From contig CH464491.1 of the NCBI GenBank assembly GCA_000002445.1, forward strand, positions 2,464,001-2,528,000: DNA of 64,000 nt. The letters run 5' to 3'. The notes beneath the pieces were generated by a model. That model did not search any database. It was given only the letters and a program-made list of their open reading frames with translations, and was not told the origin of the DNA. This document shows positions 1 through 9,660 of the stretch, in pieces (positions within the stretch are counted from its first letter, which is position 1; every line of letters begins with the position of its first letter). The translations under genes and the position numbers were made by a program. The stretch comes from Trypanosoma brucei (Eukaryota).

Positions 1-732
1 GGAAAAGAGTGAGAAAAAAAAAAGGCAAGCAAACAAACAGAAGGGAAGTGTCATGGTTTTGTGCAGGAGTGGTGGTGGTAGGGCGTTATTTGCTTTTCGT
101 TTTTTTTGTTTTGTTTGTGCATTGAGTGAAAGGAACTGTGTGTACGTATTTCTTTTTATGTATGTGATTGTCGGTTTCCTGCCTGTGCGTGGCCGTGTCT
201 TCTCGCGTAGCCTTCAAGTTGTCGCTTTGCCCCTTAGTTATCCACATTCTTTTTTCTTTTTGTCAAGGCTCATATCTTAAATGTTAAGGTGTGCTTTCCT
301 TCTTTTTTTTTTTTCTCCCCGTTTGTTGTCACCCCCTTCCATCAGTCACACACCCCCTTCCTCCGCCAGGGAGAAAAAAAAAGGAGGGGAATAATGTTTT
401 TTTTTCGCTCTTGTTGTTTGATATGTTTTTTTGATAAACTTTTTGCAGCACTTTTTCTCGATATTTCTCGCGGCTTGGAGAACCTGTTAGTAAGTTAAGT
501 GAGGAAAGGCGAAAAGAGCAACGAAAGGTGTATGAATTAGACGAAGATGAAAGGGCATACATCCGTAAAAAAAACCGAAAGTTTGAAGGTTCATGAAGTT
601 AACAACAAAAGCTGCGGTTTTAATACCCCCTGTGGTGCCGCTGGCCGGTAACAAACACTGCTTTTGTAAAAGGTGGCACCTGTTTCTTACTTCCACAGGT
701 CAAAGCTTTTTTTTTCTTCAAATCCCTTTTTT

Positions 733-746
733 AAATAAATAAATAA

Positions 747-784
<38 letters not shown>
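733..784. repeat. compound microsatellite (AAAT)5(AT)~16 in spacer upstream of VPS15
   Basis: Direct reading: aaataaataaataaataaat followed by an uninterrupted AT run to about 784. Confidence 0.95.
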
Positions 785-788
<4 letters not shown>

Positions 789-908
789 TTTAGTTGCAGG
801 ACGTATCGAGCCCCGTAGGGAAATTGAACCGTCGGGTGAGACACGGTTTAGGAAAAACAATAAATACAGAGGAGAGAGAGAGAGAGGGAGTAAGAGGGTG
901 GAGCAGTT

Positions 909-3900
909 ATGGGAAATCAGCTCGCAGCAGCCACCGTCGTAAATGTCTCCGATGTGACGTCATCACTAGAACTTATCGCTCCACTAAGTTGTATGCACCG
1001 CAACTACTTTCGTTCCTTCCGCTGCTCCAAGGAAGCGAGTGCAGCTGTACCCTCCGATACCCTTCGCTCACTTTACTCATTTTCTCGTGGTGACAATCGG
1101 GACCAATCCGCCCTGCACCATCGTCCGTCCAACCGCGGTGGGAGCACGGAAGTTGTTTTGAAGGTTTTCGTTCGCACACTTTATAATGAAGAGGAGCAGA
1201 AAGTTGTAGAATTTTGCTATAATCATTTGTTGAGTATTGAAAGACGAATGGCGGGAGCGAAGCCAGCTAACATGCAAAATACGGGGTCGTGTGAAACCGC
1301 AGCCAGTAACGGTTCTTCCCATGATAGCAGCAACTGCGGGGTTGCGACAACCCCGCCCCCGTGCAATGTGCTTTTCTATTCGTGTATGGAAATACAAAAT
1401 GATAGGTTTTGCATGCTTCAGCGGCCCTACGTTGCTTTTTCACTCGCTGAGCGCCTTGCCACACGACCATATTGGAGCACCGCAAACCGTCTCTTCGCCA
1501 CCTACCAGTTGTTGCAGGGTACAGTTCAGCTGCACGAAGTATGGGGAACCGTTCATGGAGACCTCAAGGTTGACAACATTCTGGTCAACACCTCTGGCTG
1601 GCTTTACATTACAGATATTTGTCCCTTTAACCCCGCACTGCTCCCAGCGAACAATCCAGCACTCTTCAACTATTTCTACGATACAAACGAGTCCCATATT
1701 TGCTCATTGGCACCAGAGAAATTCGTGGATCATCCAACCAACGTTAACACATCGAACCTCAACGCGACTGTTCACACACCTGGTATGGATATTTTCTCGT
1801 TGGCGTGTGTCGTGGTGTATATATTCACCGAGGAACCCCTCTTTCGCCTGTCAGAGGTACTCGAACTGCGCTCTCTGCAAACACAACGAGAACGTGAAGA
1901 AATGATAAACAGTATTCTGCAGGAGCGGGGTCTTGCACCTAACCTTTGCCGCATGCTTTCGGATATGTTGTGCACCAATCCAAATTCTCGCCCAACGTCA
2001 CGGCAGCTTCTTGAGAGGTACACCCCAACTGTGTTTCCTCCTTATTTTGAATACCTCTACCGTGACATACTACCGGCTCTGCTGCCGCGACCACCAGAAC
2101 ATCAGGTACAACTGCTGTGGTCTCGGCTGGATGACATTTTTGCTGAAGTGGAGTGCCGTGGCAGTTTCAATAGCGGTGGTGGTAGTGGCCACAACGGTGA
2201 AGCTGATGACGGTGAATTTCCTCCACTGGTGCCGTCAAGTGACGCCAAAAAGGTTACTGTGCTAGTGCTTATTCCAATAATTCTTAATGCAGGTCTACAC
2301 CTCATGGCGTCAGAAACATGTTGTCGTGTTGTCTCCATCGTTCAGCGGATACTGCCGCATTGTACGTTGGAAGTTCAAGCGGACGTAATTCTTCCATACA
2401 TGCTGCGTTTTTTGAGGACAGAAACGTTGCCTGTTGTGGCCCGCGTTCTCGCACTTCGTACGCTGTCTACGATCTGTCATAACATTCCCTTCTCCACAGG
2501 CGAGGCAACTGTCTTCGATGACCTTATCCTTCCGTGCGTGGAGGACCTCGTGGCGAAAGCAGACACTCAGAACGTTACACTTTTATTGGAAGTGGCTGCT
2601 CAACTGCCATCGTTATTTTTGATGGCACGGTCTTTTATGGAGCAGCAGCAGGCTCTTGTTACATCAAATGAACGACAAAGCACGTATGGGGAGCAACTGA
2701 ACAGGTTGCTTGAGCGCGGCTGGGATGCTCTGCGGACACTTTACAAGCACAATCATTCGGCTGTTGTCATTGCCGCACTTCAGCGTAGTGTGGACGTGGT
2801 AAAGTTTCTGGGTGAAGAGAGGACACAGCATGATTTTATTCCGTTCCTCACTACAGCTATTGCCTCCACCATTGATGTCCAAAGGGAATTATATCCACAG
2901 GCTATATTGTGTCATACAAACCTACAACGACCTCCACTAAAGACGCTGCGTTTTTTTGTGGAGGAAGCGTTGAGACGGACTGATGCGATTATTCTTCGGC
3001 GTGCTATCGAAAGTGTATCTGTCGTGGCTTCGAGCAAATTAGTTGATGTGAGTGATGTCATGTCACTTGCGGAATGCGTGCTTCCTCATATATTGGACAA
3101 AGATAAGTGGGTGAGCCTTGCTGCGCGTCAGCTAGTGGAGGTGGTCGCTCAAACTTACCGCATGAGTGACGTGTGCACGAGACTGCCAAGCACCCTGATA
3201 CCGTTATTACGATATAAGGTACCCTTTTCAACTCTTACATCTCTTCCAGAGGAACTGGTGAATGAAATATCACAACGACCATCTTTTTCCTTGAGGCATC
3301 GGGACGAGCGACCGACGGTTCGGGTTGTCGGCGGCGATTCGAAACTGTCTCGGCGTTTCATGAACGGTTCACGCAGTAGCGACAATAGCATCACTGAAAG
3401 GAATGTGATCAACGGTGGTGCGGGTGGTTTTGTCCAGTGTCAGTCAAATTATATCCTACAACATGGGACAACGAAACGTTTCCCGCCAAACTTTCCCTTA
3501 CGTGCGGCGTTTTTTGATGTAACGTTTGACCCTAGTGTGAGGGCCGGCACCCCTTCGGCACTGGACGCAGCCGCAGTTCACGACAGCAGTGACGCCACGG
3601 CAGCCTACGCGTGGGGGTTGACTTTCAAACCAACTCATCGTGAGAAAAAGCGGCTTTTACTTCGTCAGCAAACGTACACGAATCGTGTTGACAGTAACGG
3701 TGATATCGTTGGCGGCGCACTCTTTACTTCCACTACTGAGAGCACAACTGGAAGAAGACCGTGGTTACTAGGTCCTCCGACTGGATCCCTGAGTGTCCAA
3801 CCGTCCCCTGCTTTGTACCCCGGTGTGACTTGGGCTGATAAGGAACTAAAACCTATCGCTGCTCCGTACTTCACGCGACGGGCCCATAGTGGCGCCATCT

Positions 3901-5021
3901 ATAGTTCCGCCACAGTAGGGAGTGGAACACTGGTGACCGCGGGTGGAAAAGGTGAGGCGTTGCTCTGGTCTGTTACTGCTACGGGCGTAAACCTCTCCTC
4001 ACGCCTTAATGTTGGTGACGCCTCTAGCAAAAATACGTTTCTTTTCGTACACTTTGCTCGAGGCGGTGTTAGCCCGTTGTTGTGCATCGGAGGCACAGAC
4101 GGCACGTGGCAGCTCTGTGACATAGCGAGCAATAAAGTCGTGCAAGAGCGCAAACTTGACGGCAGCCCTTTGACAGCAGCATGCGCACTTAGCGAAGACG
4201 TGATGCTCGTATCAAGTGCACTGGGAGGACTGTTTGCTATGGACTATAGAGCGGGTCGAGAGGTGTGGAAGAGTGGCAGCATATTACCGGTGGAGTTCGG
4301 TACAATAAGCGGAGTGTACCCACTTTGCAGTGAGTGCCGAGCCTACGGCGCCGCGGTTACGACCATGGGGGGAGGTGTTGCCTTGTTCGACCTCCGCTTT
4401 GAGTTGCTTCTGCAAAAACACTGGTTACACGGTGCACCTATACAAGGTAGTCGTTCGATTGATAATCCCTATGCTATTTTGTGTGTCAGCCCCGATGCCG
4501 CCTGTAAGCCCGTACATCAATTAAATGAACACCCTGGGCTTTTGCTGGGAACTCGCTCAGGAATGGTCTATCACATGGATCTTATATCCGGTAGGTCGTG
4601 TGTGAGCCTCCGCCCTGCCACGCCCAACAATCCAACACGAGCTATGCTCCTTCAGCCGAGACACCGTCTCCTTTTCACTGCTGGAGATGATATGCAGATT
4701 CGAAGGTGGTGCCTTTCCAACTCCGCGCTGTCGTCGACTGTTGTCTTCCCCCCATACAACTCGTATGCGTATGCAAGAAGGACTAGCGGGTCTACAATGG
4801 AAGTTAGGCCATCATCGAAGTCTTCTAACGGACAGTTAGCTCCAACTGCTGCTGGCGCAACCACTGCGGTTAGCGCACCGCTGGTCCGACCTGTTGTACC
4901 CCAACATCATAGTGACGCTATTCTTACACTCTGTGGAGTCAGTGTGAGTGGTGGGGACGAGACCTACTTGGTGTCGGGATCCCGGGACGGGCAGTTGACA
5001 CTGTGGTTCAACGCTGAGTAA
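909..5021 (+). CDS. VPS15: VPS15 / PIK3R4-like PI3-kinase regulatory (pseudo)kinase, 1370 aa
   Basis: ATG-initiated 4113-nt ORF. The N-terminus MGNQLA is a Gly2 myristoylation-type start, like yeast Vps15 MGAQLS. The kinase-like core is collinear with Vps15 (VLKVFV ... HGDLKVDNILVNTSGWLYITDICPF ... LAPEKF). A long helical HEAT-like middle region follows. C-terminal WD40-like blades end in LVSGSRDGQLTLW. Confidence 0.85.
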   Translation: MGNQLAAATVVNVSDVTSSLELIAPLSCMHRNYFRSFRCSKEASAAVPSDTLRSLYSFSRGDNRDQSALHHRPSNRGGSTEVVLKVFVRTLYNEEEQKVVEFCYNHLLSIERRMAGAKPANMQNTGSCETAASNGSSHDSSNCGVATTPPPCNVLFYSCMEIQNDRFCMLQRPYVAFSLAERLATRPYWSTANRLFATYQLLQGTVQLHEVWGTVHGDLKVDNILVNTSGWLYITDICPFNPALLPANNPALFNYFYDTNESHICSLAPEKFVDHPTNVNTSNLNATVHTPGMDIFSLACVVVYIFTEEPLFRLSEVLELRSLQTQREREEMINSILQERGLAPNLCRMLSDMLCTNPNSRPTSRQLLERYTPTVFPPYFEYLYRDILPALLPRPPEHQVQLLWSRLDDIFAEVECRGSFNSGGGSGHNGEADDGEFPPLVPSSDAKKVTVLVLIPIILNAGLHLMASETCCRVVSIVQRILPHCTLEVQADVILPYMLRFLRTETLPVVARVLALRTLSTICHNIPFSTGEATVFDDLILPCVEDLVAKADTQNVTLLLEVAAQLPSLFLMARSFMEQQQALVTSNERQSTYGEQLNRLLERGWDALRTLYKHNHSAVVIAALQRSVDVVKFLGEERTQHDFIPFLTTAIASTIDVQRELYPQAILCHTNLQRPPLKTLRFFVEEALRRTDAIILRRAIESVSVVASSKLVDVSDVMSLAECVLPHILDKDKWVSLAARQLVEVVAQTYRMSDVCTRLPSTLIPLLRYKVPFSTLTSLPEELVNEISQRPSFSLRHRDERPTVRVVGGDSKLSRRFMNGSRSSDNSITERNVINGGAGGFVQCQSNYILQHGTTKRFPPNFPLRAAFFDVTFDPSVRAGTPSALDAAAVHDSSDATAAYAWGLTFKPTHREKKRLLLRQQTYTNRVDSNGDIVGGALFTSTTESTTGRRPWLLGPPTGSLSVQPSPALYPGVTWADKELKPIAAPYFTRRAHSGAIYSSATVGSGTLVTAGGKGEALLWSVTATGVNLSSRLNVGDASSKNTFLFVHFARGGVSPLLCIGGTDGTWQLCDIASNKVVQERKLDGSPLTAACALSEDVMLVSSALGGLFAMDYRAGREVWKSGSILPVEFGTISGVYPLCSECRAYGAAVTTMGGGVALFDLRFELLLQKHWLHGAPIQGSRSIDNPYAILCVSPDAACKPVHQLNEHPGLLLGTRSGMVYHMDLISGRSCVSLRPATPNNPTRAMLLQPRHRLLFTAGDDMQIRRWCLSNSALSSTVVFPPYNSYAYARRTSGSTMEVRPSSKSSNGQLAPTAAGATTAVSAPLVRPVVPQHHSDAILTLCGVSVSGGDETYLVSGSRDGQLTLWFNAE

Positions 5022-5269
5022 CCTCATACTGGAATACGCCAAACAAAAAAAAAGTCAGATACGAGCCTAATGAGATACAATGGAGTTTCCTCTGCCTGGT
5101 TTCGCGACGAGAGAGTTGCGTCTCGTTACACAGCCATTCGGTGGGCGGACAGATAGTTGGTAAGGGGGGGAAAGGTGGAGGGCAAATGATTTTTGCTGGG
5201 CGATACACAAACCTGTGCACACATGTAAGCTTGCGTTTTGAAGGGACCAAATTTGTCTTTGAAAGCAAG

Positions 5270-5320
5270 CTTCTCAATTTTTTTCTCTTTACGTTGCTGT
5301 TTTTCTTTGTAATCCATTAG
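5270..5320 (+). promoter_or_regulatory. polypyrimidine tract plus AG, a candidate trans-splice acceptor for the 5342 gene
   Basis: The sequence cttctcaatttttttctctttacgttgctgtttttctttgt is followed by the first AG at 5319-5320, 22 nt before the ATG. This is the kinetoplastid trans-splicing signal architecture. It has not been mapped experimentally. Confidence 0.45.
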
Positions 5321-5341
5321 ACCCCGCCTGCTGCTCGCATT

Positions 5342-7084
5342 ATGGTGAAGTTGAAGGATGTTTCCCGGAAGGGGGACACGCAGTCCCCAACAACCACTGT
5401 CATTGGTAAAAGTTTGGGTGGGCGGCATGAGGATGCACTCGTGCGCGCAGTGGAAAAATACGTCCCCGATGAAATAGCACGGCACCTCAGCAGCTTAACG
5501 GTGTACGCTCAGTTACGAGCCGGGCTCTGTCCTGGAGAATGCAACGGTGGTCACAATAACAATGCTAATGTTGGTGCTATATCCTGTAGCGGCAACTGCA
5601 AAAACGGTAATGCTGCTGTCTCGTGTGACATGCGTAGAAGAAACTGTGGAATAATGAGTGGTTGTAAAAGGGATGTTCATTTGGAGAGTTGTGTTTCCCG
5701 TGTACTTTCATGTCGAGTGTGTCATGTGTTGCGAGGCTACTGTGCGTTTTGGGTAGAATCAATGCTCACCATACGCACTGTTACTTCTGCATCGACAAAT
5801 TTTTCGAGACACAAACGCTTGCGTAGGAGTGATGACGTCGCCGTAGTTGCCGATTGTGTGGTGTCGAGCGGGCTTGATGGTGCGGGTGGAAACCGTCGGT
5901 ACAACGTCAAACTTCTCACACTTCATATTGTCGATAACGAAGCTTACAAGAATCCCGGAAATTATGTCTTTGTACTTCAGTCGGTTTGCCAGCCCGGTCG
6001 TGTGCTGCAACTGGAGTGCTACCCCAACCATATGATTCGATTTGGGCTGCTGATGCACTTCCTTTGGCAGTGTCCCTGTGAAGCTTTCGCTGCGTCACAA
6101 GCGAAAGGTGGCACCGGTAAGGAAAAGGATTTAAGGCGACTTCAAGTCAACTCAGCGTTTTCCTCAACTGATGTTGACATCCTCCCAGTCACTGATTTCA
6201 ATGAGTGCAACAGTTGTGGCATGTCGTTACATCTTTCCACATCACCAGCTGCAAAGGAAGTAGTTGTGGAGACTCAATCCGGAGCTGTGGGCCCCTCTGT
6301 GTTAGTGCTTGGGCTTGGTGCCAACGTAATTGGTAACTGGCTGGATGAGGCCCTCCCACCCAATGTTCGCATTGATGTCGTGGAAGTGGAGCCTACCGTC
6401 CTGCAGATTTGTCGGGATCACAAGCAGGTGCCGCCGTGCGACGAATTGGTGAACGAGGCGAACGAAGGCACAGGAGTGTGGTGCGTAACGCGTGGGCACA
6501 AGCGTTATCCAAATTATCGTTTCATTGTTGGAGATGCAAGGGAGGTCCTGAAGGAGAGTAACGACGATGGTCGATCCGAAGGGCGCAACAAGAAGTGCAT
6601 TAGCCTTTCCTATGATGTTGTGTTTCTCGATTGCTACGATCCCGCAAAGGAATGTATGATGCATGACGCCAATCTTGTCGATTTGTGCAGGGTGCGGCTG
6701 AGGCCAGGTGGTGCGCTCATCGTCAACGCTCATATTATCCCGGAAAAGGAAATGTTGCAGGAGCAATTTCTTGATCGCGGCTTCAGCTCTGTGCAGGTGC
6801 TGCGTGTGTCGTCCTGTAACCAGAGTATTGTGGTGTGTCTGGCCTCTCATAGCGGCTCTGCAGGCAAAACGGCTGAAGAGGTGGATGGTGAAAGACTGTC
6901 GGGTCGCTTTACCGTACTGTCCGCTGGTCGAGCAACAAGGTACATTCATAACATTATTGAAGCGGGCAATAGGGTGTATCTTCACAAACCGAACACTTGT
7001 TATTTTGGAGCAGGTTGGCTAAAATCATCAAAAGTGTTGGAGAATGATACGTGTTTTGTTAAATTATGGACTCATGTCGATTAA
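5342..7084 (+). CDS. putative SAM-dependent methyltransferase (spermidine-synthase-like fold), 580 aa
   Basis: ATG ORF. The C-terminal half carries Rossmann-type methyltransferase motifs (VLVLGLGANVIGNW; IDVVEVEP; VVFLDCYDP; LRPGGALIVN). The N-terminal ~300 aa is Cys/Asn-rich with no domain I recognise. Confidence 0.55.
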   Translation: MVKLKDVSRKGDTQSPTTTVIGKSLGGRHEDALVRAVEKYVPDEIARHLSSLTVYAQLRAGLCPGECNGGHNNNANVGAISCSGNCKNGNAAVSCDMRRRNCGIMSGCKRDVHLESCVSRVLSCRVCHVLRGYCAFWVESMLTIRTVTSASTNFSRHKRLRRSDDVAVVADCVVSSGLDGAGGNRRYNVKLLTLHIVDNEAYKNPGNYVFVLQSVCQPGRVLQLECYPNHMIRFGLLMHFLWQCPCEAFAASQAKGGTGKEKDLRRLQVNSAFSSTDVDILPVTDFNECNSCGMSLHLSTSPAAKEVVVETQSGAVGPSVLVLGLGANVIGNWLDEALPPNVRIDVVEVEPTVLQICRDHKQVPPCDELVNEANEGTGVWCVTRGHKRYPNYRFIVGDAREVLKESNDDGRSEGRNKKCISLSYDVVFLDCYDPAKECMMHDANLVDLCRVRLRPGGALIVNAHIIPEKEMLQEQFLDRGFSSVQVLRVSSCNQSIVVCLASHSGSAGKTAEEVDGERLSGRFTVLSAGRATRYIHNIIEAGNRVYLHKPNTCYFGAGWLKSSKVLENDTCFVKLWTHVD

Positions 7085-7413
7085 ACTGTTTCCGCTAATA
7101 CAGTTGCCGGGAAGGCAGGGGAGCGGGCACCGATCGTCTCGCTAATCCTCCCGGTTGCAAATTTAAAGTTGGGCTCCTATGTGGCAGCCCACTCGTCCAC
7201 TTGCGCTCTCTCAGCTGAGGCATCCCCTCGTCCGTCTTAAACCCCGTAGCAAACTCCCCTTATTATTATTAAGTTGTTTTGAGTTGATTCTCTCTGTCCC
7301 ATTTATATTCCTACTAATTTGCTTCTTATCGGATCAATCTATCTCGTTACGGATGTGGAGTGCCTCAGTTATTGGCGGGGGGCAGTGATCAAGCAAGAAG
7401 GAAACAATTGGCG

Positions 7414-9114
7414 ATGGATGTTTATCGACAAGCAAGTGAAATTGTGCGGGCTGTGCGTGAAGGAACCGGCACTGCCAAAGCGCTGTGTTTGCGTAAGGAA
7501 ATGCAGAAGAAGCGCCAAACGTACGCTGTTGTGTGCGAGACTCTGCGGCATTATGACCTTCTCCAGGATGTCCTCGAGCAAGCAGAATTCTTTCAATATT
7601 ACCCACGGGCCAATAGAGATTTTGCGATTTGCATGGCTTATGACGCTGTGCTTGGAAAGGGAGTCAACACCAACCGTGATACGACCGCGCAGGCTATTCA
7701 AAAGTCGGTGTCCTATCTTCAGGAGGCATACGAACGTGTGAAGAAGCACCATGTTATTCCCCCACGCGCCGGGGAGCTATTGACAGACGAGGAAGCTGGC
7801 CCCTGTGCACGCACCGGCGATCATAATAATGATGGGGGAAGGGTCAAACACAACGGTGTTGATGGCGGCTCGCTTGGGAAACATTTTGTTTCTGATGGTG
7901 AAGGTGCCGGTGACAACACCCAGGGACTGGGTTGTCTGATTCCGCGTTATGCGCGAGTGAACACGCTGAAGATTGATGTGGACAGCCTGGTGGAACGTCT
8001 TCGCCGTGCCTCCGCGAAACGCGAGCGTAACAATACGGAAAACTGTACAGGAAACGATCATAGTAGGCGCGATCATCGACATCGTGCAGCTGGAATTCGT
8101 GTACTGCCACCCTTTACCTTGGATCCTGTTGTACCGTCACTGCTAGTTTTCCCACCAGGTACCGATCTACACGCCCATCCGGCCGTTCGAAGTGGACAAC
8201 TTGTGCTACAGGACCGTGCATCGTGTCTTCCTGTTTGTGTGCTCCTTAATGCCGTGGAGGTTATCACGTCCTTCTCTGCTTCTGGAGAAGGTGAAGGTGA
8301 TAGCAAACCGGCTGAACCATTGGAATATGTTGTTGACGCCTGTGCGGCTCCTGGGAATAAGACAACTCAGCTGGCAGCCCTGGGTGCGCCTCATGTGAAG
8401 ATAATGGCGATTGAACGTGACGACAAGCGAGCTGAGTTGTTGAGGCATCGCGTGCAGAGCTTGGGGGCCGCTGATTACACAAACGTGGTTAATATGGACT
8501 TTCTGAAGATGGCACAAGACGATCGTGAGGTGACGGAAGGAATTTTGCTGGACCCAAGTTGCAGTGCCAGTGGCGTGCTGACAAGAGTGGATGTGGCCCT
8601 TTTGCGGAAGCAATGCGTTGCTGTGGATGGCAGCGGTATCTACACTAACGATGTTGTTCGTCAAGAAACTGCTGAGGAAGGGGTGAGCGAGACCGCTGTT
8701 GGTGGGGAAGTGGGCACCATAACTGCAGAGGCTCAAGGAGTCGGGTTTGCAAGCAACATGGAGCGCGTGATGGGCCTTGCCCGGCTTCAGCGCAAATTAC
8801 TTGCCCACTCACTTCTTTCCTTTGACAATTGTCGCACGGTTGTGTACTCCACATGCTCAGTGCATGAGGCAGAAAACGAGGAGGTAGTGCGGCAGGTTCT
8901 ACAGGACGAGCGGGTACAGGCTCGTGGGTGGGCACTTAGCAACATCATGCCGACGACGTGGCGGACGCGTGGGTGGAGGAACGACAGTGATACGTTTCCA
9001 CTTGAGTACACCATTCGGTGTGACCCCGAAGTGGACGCAACCAATGGTTTTTTTGTCGCTCGTTTCGACCGTGTTGTGGCGACGCCGCAGAAGAGGTCGA
9101 AGAAGAAGCGGTGA
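7414..9114 (+). CDS. NSUN5: NOL1/NOP2/Sun-family RNA cytosine-C5 methyltransferase, NSUN5/Rcm1-like, 566 aa
   Basis: The ORF-track start at 7360 is GTG; the first in-frame ATG is 7414 (MDVYRQASEIV). N-terminal TYAVVCETLRHYDLLQDVL resembles human NSUN5 YALVCETQRYSAVLDAVI (recalled). SAM-binding motif VVDACAAPGNKTTQLAAL. Catalytic Cys motifs LLDPSCSASG and VVYSTCSVHEAENEEVV. Confidence 0.8.
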   Translation: MDVYRQASEIVRAVREGTGTAKALCLRKEMQKKRQTYAVVCETLRHYDLLQDVLEQAEFFQYYPRANRDFAICMAYDAVLGKGVNTNRDTTAQAIQKSVSYLQEAYERVKKHHVIPPRAGELLTDEEAGPCARTGDHNNDGGRVKHNGVDGGSLGKHFVSDGEGAGDNTQGLGCLIPRYARVNTLKIDVDSLVERLRRASAKRERNNTENCTGNDHSRRDHRHRAAGIRVLPPFTLDPVVPSLLVFPPGTDLHAHPAVRSGQLVLQDRASCLPVCVLLNAVEVITSFSASGEGEGDSKPAEPLEYVVDACAAPGNKTTQLAALGAPHVKIMAIERDDKRAELLRHRVQSLGAADYTNVVNMDFLKMAQDDREVTEGILLDPSCSASGVLTRVDVALLRKQCVAVDGSGIYTNDVVRQETAEEGVSETAVGGEVGTITAEAQGVGFASNMERVMGLARLQRKLLAHSLLSFDNCRTVVYSTCSVHEAENEEVVRQVLQDERVQARGWALSNIMPTTWRTRGWRNDSDTFPLEYTIRCDPEVDATNGFFVARFDRVVATPQKRSKKKR

Positions 9115-9660
9115 GGTCCATAAAAACGTTAACTAGCGATTAAACACACCGCTGAAAGGGCAAATGAACAGGTGTTTTATTTTATTTTTATTTTTTCCCC
9201 TCCCCTCACTCTACAGGCAGTACGTGCGTCCCCCTTGCCTGCATACTGCCGTGCTATCACCACTTCAAGTTAGGGTACCATGGACATACAAACGTTCTTT
9301 TTCATCTATGTGTCCTGTTCTCTTCATCGTTCTTTTGCAAATCTGCATCACGATTCAACCCGTGCACTTGCTTTTGGGGGGCGAACCGACGCATTTATTT
9401 TTTTTCAACGTTTTACCGCTATCGGAAGAAATTGATTGACACGAGAAGACGAGAGAAGACAGGTACGCAGGAGGGAAAGTTTCTCTGCCACAAGCGTAAC
9501 AACAACAAGGGGTATCGCTTTGCACGGAGATTAAGGCACCGAAGTTAAGAAAGAAGAGGGAAGGCACGTATTTATATTTACTGTGTTGCGGAGAAGGGAT
9601 ACCCTCAAAAAGTAATATAAATTGAAGAGATAATTTTTTGAAAAAAAAAAAAAGGACCCA

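Noticed and set aside
6302-6985. Long antisense or alternative-frame ORFs inside called genes. Examples are 6302-6985(-) 227 aa, 13380-14048(-) 222 aa, 34595-35341(-) 248 aa, 25339-25911(-) 190 aa, 21188-21757(-) 189 aa and 1237-1905(+) 222 aa.
   Set aside because: They overlap much longer ORFs with recognisable homology or the cluster-consistent strand. Their products are low-complexity or Arg/Ser/Cys-rich, as is typical of off-frame translation. Kinetoplastid clusters are unidirectional.
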